The position numbers were made by a program, and so were the translations under genes. Below are positions 53,401 to 64,000 of a stretch of DNA of 64,000 nt, piece after piece (the first letter of the stretch is position 1; every line of letters begins with the position of its first letter). The notes under the pieces are model-generated. The model was not told where the DNA came from and did not search any database. It saw only the letters and a program-made list of their open reading frames with translations. Origin of the DNA: Octopus bimaculoides (Eukaryota); contig NC_068981.1 of NCBI RefSeq assembly GCF_001194135.2, forward strand, positions 124,809,653 to 124,873,652, in the 5' to 3' direction.

Positions 53401-54474
53401 CATAAATTTCAAAACTAGTCACAAAGTTGTTGACTCTTCACTTGTCAAACAGATTTGGGATCATAAACACAATGTTACTGAACAGCAAGGTTTAAATTAT
53501 GTTAAAAGCAAGCCAATCTATTAAAAATATTAAATATGTTTTCACATATATGCTTAATAGAAGAAAATATCAAATAAGAACTGTTTATATGGTAGTCAGA
53601 TTAACAAAAACAAAATTCAAAAATTACTAAATTAAATCCCATACTAGTTTCATAAAGATATTAATATCATTCTTTCAAAGAAAATCAGATATATTAGTCT
53701 GCCAATATAAAGTGGATAGAAAAAATTTAAACATACAGATGTATGTAAATGCATGAAAAGCTCCAAAACAGAATTGACGTAAACATTATGAAAAATTTTG
53801 TAAACTTTTGATCTATAGGATCCTGTGGTTTCTGTATTGTAATTACAGCTTAGAAGTAATTAGAATTATGTAAACCATAACTGAAAGCAAAATAGAGAAA
53901 ATCAACAAACAAAAATTAAGTCTATGATGTAAAACTAACCAGTTAACCCAGCAGAAGGTCAGCAAGGTCAGACTAATCCACTGGTTAAAGTAATTATTAG
54001 CAAACAAAAGAAGTATTTTCTTCTAAGTGAATCAGAGAGAATGATTTTCATCTGGNNNNNNNNNNNNNNNNNNNNNNNNNNNNNNNNNNNNNNNNNNNNN
54101 NNNNNNNNNNNNNNNNNNNNNNNNNNNNNNNTATTACTATTTTTTTACTTTCCTAATATTGGTTTTATTTTTTGTTTTAACCTTAAACTTATTGTTTGAT
54201 GAAATGCCAAGTGTCACACTAGTCTCAGAAACAGAACCAAGGGCACACAAAGTCATTAAATTGTGCAAGTATATCACTAAAAATAACACATCCCAAGGAT
54301 ATACCAATAATGATCAGAAGCTTGTTAGCTTATGAATATTAAGTGGAAAAGAAAACTCAACCATAAAACAGAAAGCTATTTATGCATTTAAATAAAGGCC
54401 AAATGAAAAAGAAATAAAAGAGCAGAAAATTACTAGCGGATTTATGTTTTCTAGAAGTCTCAGCTGGTGAAACT

Positions 54475-55015
54475 GGATCAGGGTTGATAAAATAAAAAAA
54501 AAGAAAATACCAGTTGAGCACTGAGGTTGATGTAATCAACTCCCCACACTAAAAAGTGCAGGCCTTGTGCCTGCAGTAGAAAGGATTATTAGCATTGTTA
54601 AGGTAGCAAGCTGGCAGAATCATTAGCATGCCGGGCAAAATGCTTAGTGACATTTCATCGGCCTTTACATTCTGAGTTCAAATTCTGCCAAGGTCAACAT
54701 TGCCTTTCATTCTTTTGGGATCAATGAAAAGAGTACCATTTAAGCATTGGGATTAACGCTATCAACTTACCAGCTCCCGCAAATTTGCTGGCTTTGTGCC
54801 AACATTTGAAATTATTATTATTAGCGAGCTGGCAGAATTGTTAGCACACCAGGTAAAATGCATAGCGATATTTCATCCGTCTTTATGTTCTGAGTTCAAA
54901 TTCCATCATCCTTTCAGGGTCGATAAAATAAGTACCAATCGAGTACTGGCATCAATGTAAATGACTTATCCTCTCACCCAAACTTGCTGGCTTTGTACCA
55001 AAATTTGAAACCATT
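54475..55015 (+). mobile_element. Cluster of three family B SINE copies in tandem
   Basis: Partial copy 54475-54590, full copies about 54600-54815 and 54825-55015. Confidence 0.85.
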
Positions 55016-55932
55016 ATTATCATCATTATTACATTTTAAGACATTCCCACATATTTGAGATGGTTCTAGAATTTTATCGTTCACTCTTTTTGAGAGATGA
55101 TACTATGTTTCAGACTACCATGCAACAGTAATAATTTAAACAGAAAAAAAAAATATTTGAAAAAATAACTAAAATATTTGTGATAGTGAAAATTTCAGAG
55201 ATTCTGCAAGTGCTTGAGAATATCTGTGAAAACACCCACTCATATTCTACCTTTCAATGCATCAAACTTGAAATTTAAAAAAGAAACAAAAATAAAATTA
55301 TTTCCACTCTCTTTCCTTCTATATTTTCCAATTAAGACTGTCTTCTTTTAAGGTACAAGAACAACAACAATAACAGAAAACTGAATACATATCTCTAATA
55401 CTATACAGTTGCCAAGCATTTCTTTATTAAGTGGATTTTTTTTTTCCTTTCTATAAGTGTTATCTCACAAATCTATTTTGTCAGTGTTTGAGCTATATCC
55501 CAGTTGTGTTTGGTATTCGCTTAATCAATTAAGCTCAACTAATTAATGCAAACAGCTAATGTTAAAATAAAGGTGAACTATCTTTGGCAAGAAGAAAGAA
55601 AAGAAAAGAAAAACATAGAAATGTTAAAAATCTTATCAGAAATGATATAACTAAAGAAAACAAACATCTATGCAATTTGGGAACCCTGAAATCTTTTACA
55701 TTGTAAGAGCAATTTTCCAGACTAATATGTAATTTGAAAATGTTGTAAATTCAAAACATCTGCCTAAACTATCAATATAAATAAGTCAGTTTTTTCATAA
55801 GACCAATCAGATAGGTTTAAAATATCAAATTTCTCTATGGAAACTAAGAGATGTGTATCTTACCTTCCTGCACAATGAAAAGCTTCTTACTAAAGCTTAT
55901 CGAAATTTTAAAATAATAACATGCACACCATC

Positions 55933-56549
55933 TTCAACACTTTCGATACCAAGCCACCTGAGATCACACTGGCTCTATGACACAAATTTACTGTTTTGAA
56001 GTGATCTAAATTATAATCTTCCATCAAAACAGTATTTACTCTTTTACTTGTTTCAGTCATTTGACTGCGGCCATGCTGGAGCACCGCCTTTAGTCGAGAA
56101 AATCGACCCCAGGACTTATTCTTTGTAAGCCTAGTACTTATTCTATCGGTGTGTTTTTTTTTTGCCGAACCGCTAAGTTACGGGGACGAAAACACACCAG
56201 CATCAGTTGTCAAGCGATGGTGGGGGGGACAAACACACATACATATATATATACATATATACGACAGGCTTCTTTCAGTTTCCGTCTACCAAATCCACTC
56301 ACAAGGCTTTGGTCGGCCCGAGGCTATAATAGAAGACACTTGCCCAAGGTGCCACGCAGTGGGACTGAACCTGGAACCATGTGGTTGGTAAGCAAGCTAC
56401 TTACCACACAGCCACTCCTGCGCCTAATTTAATTTTTTTAAAATACCTTAATAACGAGAAAGTTATTTTACTAAACTTTGTTATTTTAAAAAATTAATTG
56501 AAGTGAAAACATTTTATGTCAACAAAAATATGGTAACAAAAGGGTTAAA
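55933..56549. mobile_element. Second TTAA-type MITE family, split by a young SINE
   Basis: Left part gataccaagccacctg..gatctaaatta and right part aagttattttactaaa..aacaaaagggTTAA join up; an uninterrupted decayed copy lies at about 58085-58295. Confidence 0.65.
56033..56425 (-). mobile_element. Young, near-intact family A SINE
   Basis: Minus head ggcgcaggagtggctgtgtggtaag..ggttccaggttcagtcccactgcgtggcaccttgggcaagtgtctt, tail gactgaaacaagtaaaagag; CpG-rich. Confidence 0.93.
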
Positions 56550-57609
56550 TCATTTTACATCATACAGTAGCCTGAGCTTCTAGAAAATCAGTTGTTACAA
56601 AGCAATACAAATTGTTAATCCCCTCCTATCCATACCTAAGTTTAATAAACAAACTCTTGGACTCTTTCTATAAATGAACTTTTATAATTAAATCACAGGG
56701 TTGCTCTGCAGGATGTATCCAAGAACAGTCTAGACTAGTTTCAACTGGTTATCTTGTGGTTATAGATGCAGTGATGACTATCTGATTAAGAAGCATGCCA
56801 CATAGTCATGGGGTTTTGGGTTCAGTCCCTCCTCATGCCACCTTGAGCAAGTGTCTTCTACTCTATAGTTCTGGGCTAACCAAAGCTTTGTGAGCAGATA
56901 TGGTAGACAGAAACTGAAAGAAGCCCCCTTCTTTCTCTCTCTGTTTGTATGTATCCTTATCTAGAGTTCATGTAAATGAGATAGTCAGACAAATGAGGTT
57001 GTTTGTTTCCAGTCTTCTGTGAAAAACATGTTTAGATATGGGAAAATATTACTTTGCTTGGAATGAGGTGAGGGTTGGCAACGGGAAGAGCATCTAGCCA
57101 CAGAAAATCTCATCAGCGTTTAAAGTCCGCTTTCCATGCTAGCATGGGTTGGACAAAATCTGCTTCAACAAATTTCATCTGACCCATGCAAGCAAGAAAA
57201 AGTGGGTGTTAAATGTGTGTGTGTGTGTGTGTGTTTCTTCAAATATAGCCAACTAAAGTCTTGTGAGTTATTTTAGTAGATGGAAATTGTGCAGAAGCTT
57301 ATCACATACACAGGTGGGGAGGTCTTCACGTTTGTCCCTCCACCCCATTCTCCTCTGCTTGACAACCTGTGTTTGTATCTCCATAACTTAGCAGTACTGG
57401 GGCCAATTTGTTTGACTCAACCCTTCAAGACGGTGCCCCACCATGGTCGCAGTCCTATGACTAAAACAAGTAAAGGATAAACGAACCACTTAATCAAAAA
57501 GGAGGGGAAGTTATCATCAAACTGGAGTCTAAGATTAAATGCTTGCAAGAGAACAGACTCCAGTCAAGGGATCCAAAGATTAGGAGGAAATGTTAAACCA
57601 GGAAATAGA

Positions 57610-57830
57610 TTAACCCTTTAACATTTAAACTAGTCATAACCTGCCCAAATATTTCACCTGCTTTATGTTCAAACTGACCAGACTGGCCTCTCACACCTAT
57701 CCTACAATGTCATTCTAAAAATAAACAATCAATCATCAAACTCTCAAAGCTACAAGATAATGCATGATTAATTCAAAACAATATGAATAAATATACATTA
57801 CATTTGACAAAATAATCTGAATGCTGGAGT
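57610..57830. mobile_element. TTAA-type MITE, same orientation as the 16077 copy
   Basis: TTAA|CCCTTTAACATTTAAAC start, decayed far end. Confidence 0.75.
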
Positions 57831-58758
57831 ATCAAGTTCACTAGTAAAGAACAGGAATGGTCTTTCTGACACACTTTAATACCATTTCCATCTACCAAAT
57901 TTCAACTAATGTTTTGGCTAACCTAAGGCTATAATAGAAAGTGCTAACCAGCGGGAGCTGCAAAGTATTATAACAAGCCACTGTCATACAGTCACTATCA
58001 GGAAAACATTTATTATGCAGTAAGAATGATTAATAACTGCCCTAAAAACACTAAAAATATGGGGATGTAATTAAGAACATCTTGTCATAGATACCAACTT
58101 GCCTGAAACAACTCTTGGCTCTGTGATACAAATTCTTTGTTGATCTAAATTAAAACATTCAATTAAAATACATATTAATTTATATTCCTCCTAACACCAT
58201 CGTAATAATGGCAAAGTTATCTTAATAAATTCTTAATTATTTTCAAAAGTAATTGAAACAAAAGAAGTGCATTTCAACAGAAGTATGACAACAAAAAAGA
58301 TAAAATAATGTAACAAATTTTCTCTTAGTTATCAACAAATATTTCTAGAAACAGCACAGTGTCTATCAAATGTTTACCGAGAATAAGATAAACCTGAGCA
58401 ACGCTTCATGTAGATCATGACCAGATTTACTAAGAATCCTAATGTCAAACACTGAAGTGAAATCAAGAACAAAGAGTACCACTATGCAACTGATGAAATA
58501 TGGGATTACTTCCTACAGAGAGTTCAATGCTGGATTAAAAAAAAAAAATCTGAATTAACTATATCTTGATACACATAAAAGCAGTTCCAAAGTTTGTTGA
58601 TCCAGCTTAATAGTTTTTTGTTAATGACATCTGAAGAACAGAACATCACTTTACAAACATAATTCAAAATTGATAAAGAGGAATGACTGACTAATAGCAT
58701 TATATAGGCAATCTTGGAGAGTACAAGTATTAAACTACTTGATCACTACTGTTATAAT

Positions 58759-59033
58759 CAGGGCTGTGGAGAGTCAGAAACAATTAAGGGGTAGTTGGAG
58801 TTGGTAAAACTATACCGACTCTGATTCTGACTCACAATGTCTTTATTTTTTAATATAAACCAGTTATAACATATAGGCTTACTCAAAGTACAAGCATATG
58901 CATATGCTTTATGAGATATGTAGACCACAATCACTTAATTACATAAAGAGGAGTCAATGTTGGAATCGGAGTCAAGGGTGCTAATAGTACAGGAGTTGGA
59001 GTCAAAGTTTTTTGTTTCGACTCCACAGCCCAG
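58759..59033. mobile_element. Old MITE with GGGCTGTGGAG terminal inverted repeats
   Basis: cagggctgtggag...ctccacagcccag plus internal ggagtc/gactc subterminal motifs; no TSD preserved. Confidence 0.7.
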
Positions 59034-60033
59034 TAACTTTACAGTACTTCTGGGACTAAATGAAAATTTGAAACTAGTTTCAGCTTGCCAACAAGTGCCC
59101 AAGTTGCTTGCTACTCAGTAACTTAAGAGCATAACATGTGACAAAGGAGACCAAATATCTATTTGAAAGTATAGAGCAACATTTAAACAATTTAACCATT
59201 ATTTATTTACATACAGGAGCAGGCATAAATGTATAGGTAAGTTGCTTCTCAATCATACTGTCTTGGATTCAGTCTGCCTGTGTGAAACATGGGGCAAGTG
59301 TCTTCTGTTATAGCCTTAGGCTAACCAAAGCCATTCAGTGGATTTGGTAAATGAAAACTGAAAGAAAACTGTTGTATGTGTGTGTGTGCACGCATGTATA
59401 CCCTTGTCTTGACATTATGCAATAGTTGTAAACAACCAGGCAATGTTGTTCATTTCCAGTCTTCTGTGAAAAACGTGTTTAGGCACAAGAAAATTTAACC
59501 TTGCTTGGAAACAGTTGATGGTTGGCAGCAGTAATGGCTTCCAACTATAAAAAAAAAAATCAGCCTCAACAAACTCCCCCAAATCCATGCAAGCATGGAA
59601 AAGAGGATAGTGAGGATTGTTAATTTAGTACATAAAATCATATGGTTGACTGCACAAAATCTTTGGAGTCAGGTTTACAAAAGAAACACAAAAGACTTTC
59701 ATACTTCTAACATGGATATGGTGAGTACTTTTCTATTTTGTACCGAAATATAAAAAGAAACAATAGACATTATCTTATGTGTGTGCACATGTGTGAGTGA
59801 GTATATCTATGCATAAGCAATTGGTACAAATATGACCACACATACACACACATTGTGTGTGTGTGCATAAAAAATCTTTTTCTTTTACTTGTTTCAGTCA
59901 TTTAAGTTTGGCCATGCTAGAGCACCACCTGGAAGGGTTTTAGTGAAACAAAATAGCCCCAGGGCTTTTTAAAGCCTACTACTTATTCTATCAGTCTCTA
60001 TTGTTGTATTTCGGGATGGTAAATTTTTTTTTG

Positions 60034-60365
60034 CCAAATAAACACAGGTACTATGTTTGTTTTCTTCACTCATCTATTACTGTTCTGATCTTATTATTCT
60101 AAACTCATGTCCATTGTCCCGAAATCTTTCGTCACACATCTGTGAACTCTTCAGCGACACTTTTCATTTTCATGTGTGTTCTTGCTCCACTTACTCCAGA
60201 GAATGGAGTAAGTGAAGCAAGAACACACACGCAAACGAAAAGTGCTGCTGGAGAGGTCACAGATGTGTGGTGAAAGATTTCCGGACAATGGACAGGAGTT
60301 AGAGTAATAAAATAAGAACAGTAATAAATGAGTGAAGAAAAAAGTAAATAGTGTGTGTTTATTGG
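60034..60365. repeat. Long foldback palindrome (about 165-bp arms, 5-nt loop)
   Basis: 60034-60198 is the reverse complement of 60204-60365 at roughly 85% by manual alignment; inner 26 bp has one mismatch. Confidence 0.95.
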
Positions 60366-60920
60366 GGGGGNNNNNNNNNNNNNNNNNNNNNNNNNNNNNN
60401 NNNNNNNNNNNNNNNNNNNNNNNNNNNNNNNNNNNNNNNNNNNNNNNNNNNNNNNNNNNNNNNNNNNNNNNNNNNNNNNNNNNNNNNNNNNNNNNNNNNN
60501 NNNNNNNNNNNNNNNNNNNNNNNNNNNNNNNNNNNNNNNNNNNNNNNNNNNNNNNNNNNNNNNNNNNNNNNNNNNNNNNNNNNNNNNNNNNNNNNNNNNN
60601 NNNNNNNNNNNNNNNNNNNNNNNNNNNNNNNNNNNNNNNNNNNNNNNNNNNNNNNNNNNNNNNNNNNNNNNNNNNNNNNNNNNNNNNNNNNNNNNNNNNN
60701 NNNNNNNNNNNNNNNNNNNNNNNNNNNNNNNNNNNNNNNNNNNNNNNNNNNNNNNNNNNNNNNNNNNNNNNNNNNNNNNNNNNNNNNNNNNNNNNNNNNN
60801 NNNNNNNNNNNNNNNNNNNNNNNNNNNNNNNNNNNNNNNNNNNNNNNNNNNNNNNNNNNNNNNNNNNNNNNNNNNNNNNNNNNNNNNNNNNNNNNNNNNN
60901 NNNNNNNNNNNNNNNNNNNN

Positions 60921-61100
60921 TCCCCCTCTCATTCTTCCTTCTGTTGCCACTATATCTCTCTCTTTCCCCCTCTCGTTCTTCCTTCTGTTACTACTATATC
61001 TCTCTCTTTCCCCCCTCTCGTTCTTCCTTCTGTTACTACTATATCTCTCTCTTTCCCCCTCTCGTTCTTCCTTCTGTTACTACTATATCTCTCTCTTCCT
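60921..61100. repeat. 44-45-bp minisatellite, about 4 units, abutting a gap
   Basis: tccccctctcgttcttccttctgttactactatatctctctctt units start at 60921, 60965, 61009, 61054. Confidence 0.92.
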
Positions 61101-61629
61101 CTCGTTGCTCACCTATTTTCTACTTCTTTCCCTTGTTTCTCCCTCTACCACTCTCTCTCCTTAACCCTTGTTGGTCACATGTGTCCAGTTACTAATTCTT
61201 TTCTTCTTTGGCTATCGCCAAGCAAACATACAAACCTACTTCATCCCGCTTCCTTCCAGTTCGTTGCTTCACAGCGTTCGCTATACACGTAATTTTTCAC
61301 ATCTGGCCGTATGGCCTTTTCCGTTTGTTTTCTGTCTGCCACTTCATTCCTCCATGGTACAAATTTAATTTGTAGTCCGTGGGAAGAGCCATTTTAACGA
61401 TGCGTCCTGCCCTAACTCTTCGAAACGCCTGTGTTAGAATGGTGGCAGCTGATGAAGGAAAATGTTCTCTATGTGGCCTGTGTGTTTTCTGTACTCTGGT
61501 CATTATTATTTTTTTGTCTACGTTTTGTTTACAACGTCCTGTACCTAGATATGCACCTATATATACAAGTAGATGTAGGTATGCACATACTTGTACGTAT
61601 ATATGCATATACTCATTTATTATTTGTTT

Positions 61630-61663
<34 letters not shown>

Positions 61664-61817
61664 TAAATGAGTTTGCTTTAAATGTGAGCTCAGACGCACT
61701 GAGAAACCAATACTGAAAACAGAACAGAAATACATGCAATATGTGCAATCAACAGTTATGTAGAAACACAGCAGCATACTTATAAGTGAAGGTAATGGCG
61801 GTGATGANNNNNNNNNN

Positions 61818-61850
<33 letters not shown>

Positions 61851-62764
61851 TTTACAACTTGTATGCAATAAAGTGGACACAGACAGAGACTGAAATAGAA
61901 AAGAGGGGTAAGGGATAATTTCTCTTTGTGTGAGTTAAAAAAGATGAGGGAACTGATAAAATGGAAATAGAAAATAACTTCAGAGACAAATAGAAAATAG
62001 AAGCTTAAAAATAAATGTTCAGAGGCAAAGGTTTACTTAGTCTTGTTTGTAATTTTTTGTGCTTTTATTTTTGTTATTTTTACGTGTTTATTTTTGTTTC
62101 GTTTTACAACAAAAGAGTTTCAATGATGAAATGTGTTAATTTATGAAGGTAATTGTTTTTCTAATTAATACCTAAGACAGGGGATCTATTTGCAAACAAA
62201 GGTGGGGTAAATATATAAACTAAAAAAAAAAGCAACAAAACAAAAGACAAACTTAAAAATAGCTAGCAGCTAAATAATTAAGACCGTTAAATGAACAGCA
62301 CAAAAGAAAAACAAACAGAAAAGTCCTCAGTACTTTTCGTTCAGTTTTGCCGGAAGACCATAAGAGTGACAGAAATAATTTCTACTTGGGTTATACACAA
62401 AACTAAACAATTAGCGCCAATCTTGTTTCGTTTAAGTAATTTTCTTTCTTGGGGCTTTTTGTTCTTTTCTTGGTTTTGTTTTTTGTTCTACACACACAAA
62501 CTGTGTGCTGACTGGACCACTTGGACAGCTATTGATTTATCCATTGAAGAAAATCTACTACAGTCCAACATACTAAACCCAAATTTTATACTTAAAAGTG
62601 CATGAGTGCAGTAACTTTCCATTTTGTGTACAACTAAGCTGTGAATATTTATATTCACTTCGAATCCATTAAAAAAAGATTAAGATAAGAAATAGGCTGA
62701 TTATAGGTTTCAGTTTATTTCCAAACTGATCATGATGGGTTTAACAAAAATGCTAAAATAACTA

Positions 62765-62924
62765 CAAGACATGGCTGTGTGGTAAGAAACTTACTTCTCA
62801 ACCACATGGTTCCAGGTCCAGTCCCACTGCGTGGGACATTGGGCAAGTCTTTCATCTATTATAGCCTCAGGCCAACCAAAGCCTTGTGAGTAAATTTGGC
62901 AGACAGAAACTGAAAGAAGACTGT

Positions 62925-62994
<70 letters not shown>

Positions 62995-63185
62995 TATGTT
63001 TGTCCCCATTTACATCCATTTACATCCTTATAACTTGGCAGTTCAGCAAAAGAGGCTAATAGAATAAGTACTAGGTTTACAAAGAATAAGTCCTAGGGTT
63101 GATTTTTACGACTAAAAACCTTTTAAGGCAGTGCTATGGCATGGCCACAGTCAAATGACAGAAACAAGTAACAGAATAAAATATA
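62765..63185 (+). mobile_element. Family A SINE with expanded internal (TG)n
   Basis: gacatggctgtgtggtaag..attgggcaagtc..(TG)n..gacagaaacaagtaacag. Confidence 0.88.
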
Positions 63186-63812
63186 GTTGTAACTTCAAAA
63201 AGCTAACTTTGCCACCACATGACTTCAAGTTCAGTCCCACTGTGTGGCACCTTGGGCAAGTGTCTTCTATTATAACCCAAGGTCAACCAATGTTTTATGA
63301 GTGAATTTGCATATGAGTGTCTGCGCATATGTCCTTGTCACCACTTGACAACTGGTGTTAGTTTTGGTTACACCTCCCCACCCATTACATAGCACTTCAA
63401 CAAAAGAGACTGATAAAATCAGCACCAGACTTTAAGAAAATAAGTTCTGGAGTTAATTTCTTTGACTAAATGAAATCTTGAGTGTAGGACAGTTAATTTG
63501 AATATGAACTCAATAACATGATTGGTTTTCAGGCAGATTGGTAAGAAGACACCAAAACTATGTCAGGAGGACTGGTATAAAATGTAACACTCACACACTC
63601 CCATGTACACCCCCTGACCTACTGACTTGCAGTACTATAACATTTTTACATTCAGTTCATAGCATTTGAACCTAATAACAGTATATAGGAAGCAACAAAG
63701 AAGCTTCTACATGGTCATCCCACCTGCCAGAAATAGCAGCCAAATCTCTCCAAAATACACCCTTCGATTTGTAAAAGGAGTAATACATTAGACAATGTAG
63801 TCCAAGATACTC

Positions 63813-63955
63813 CAGTAGCATGGCTTGTTGGAGAGAGCAGTCTGCTCCGGGTGACACTTTTATGGGAACAGCCTGCTGCAAAAACCTGTACAGGCTTGGG
63901 GGCCCAAGTGGGACAAAAGCAAACCCAGGTGGCACACATAGTAACTACACCACAG
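63813..63955. mobile_element. 143-bp hAT-like MITE with 8-bp TSD, nested in an older repeat
   Basis: Degenerate TIR cagtagcatggct/aactacaccacag; AGATACTC (63805-63812) and AGATACTT (63956-63963) flanks. Confidence 0.75.
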
Positions 63956-64000
63956 AGATACTTCTAAGAAGACGTGATGGTCATGATTGGAATGCCTTTA

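Noticed and set aside
55864-55867. Possible 4-nt microexon (tgtgcag|GAAG|gtaaga, minus strand)
   Set aside because: Would place Glu instead of the conserved Ile before the split Gly; no supporting evidence; such motifs arise by chance in 30 kb.
61375-61480. GAAAC and CTGATGA motifs suggesting a hammerhead
   Set aside because: Order and pairing do not give a valid fold: stems I and III cannot form and no GAAA follows the CTGATGA.

Overview
AT-rich, microsatellite- and SINE-dense animal genomic DNA with seven N gaps. The repeat landscape suggests an Octopus scaffold (inference). The only host gene I can support is an OSR1/SPAK-family (OXSR1/STK39/Fray) STE20 kinase on the minus strand. Five coding exons (32248-32360, 17171-17276, 5523-5664, 2036-2091, 910-1019) join in frame through GT-AG introns and cover the kinase from the glycine-rich loop to the APE motif. 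The first coding exon was not found, and later exons lie left of the window. The rest is probably intronic and packed with transposon relics: several tRNA-derived SINE families, RTE and CR1-like LINE fragments, DD37D Tc1/mariner fragments, TTAA (piggyBac-like) and hAT-like MITEs, a solo LTR, an apparently complete non-autonomous Helitron, a 330-bp foldback, and a Penelope-like fragment whose 3' end carries a tRNA-like Pol III module followed by a minimal hammerhead ribozyme motif. Exon, TSD and motif coordinates were read directly. Other repeat boundaries are approximate, and family names rest on recognition by eye, not on database searches.
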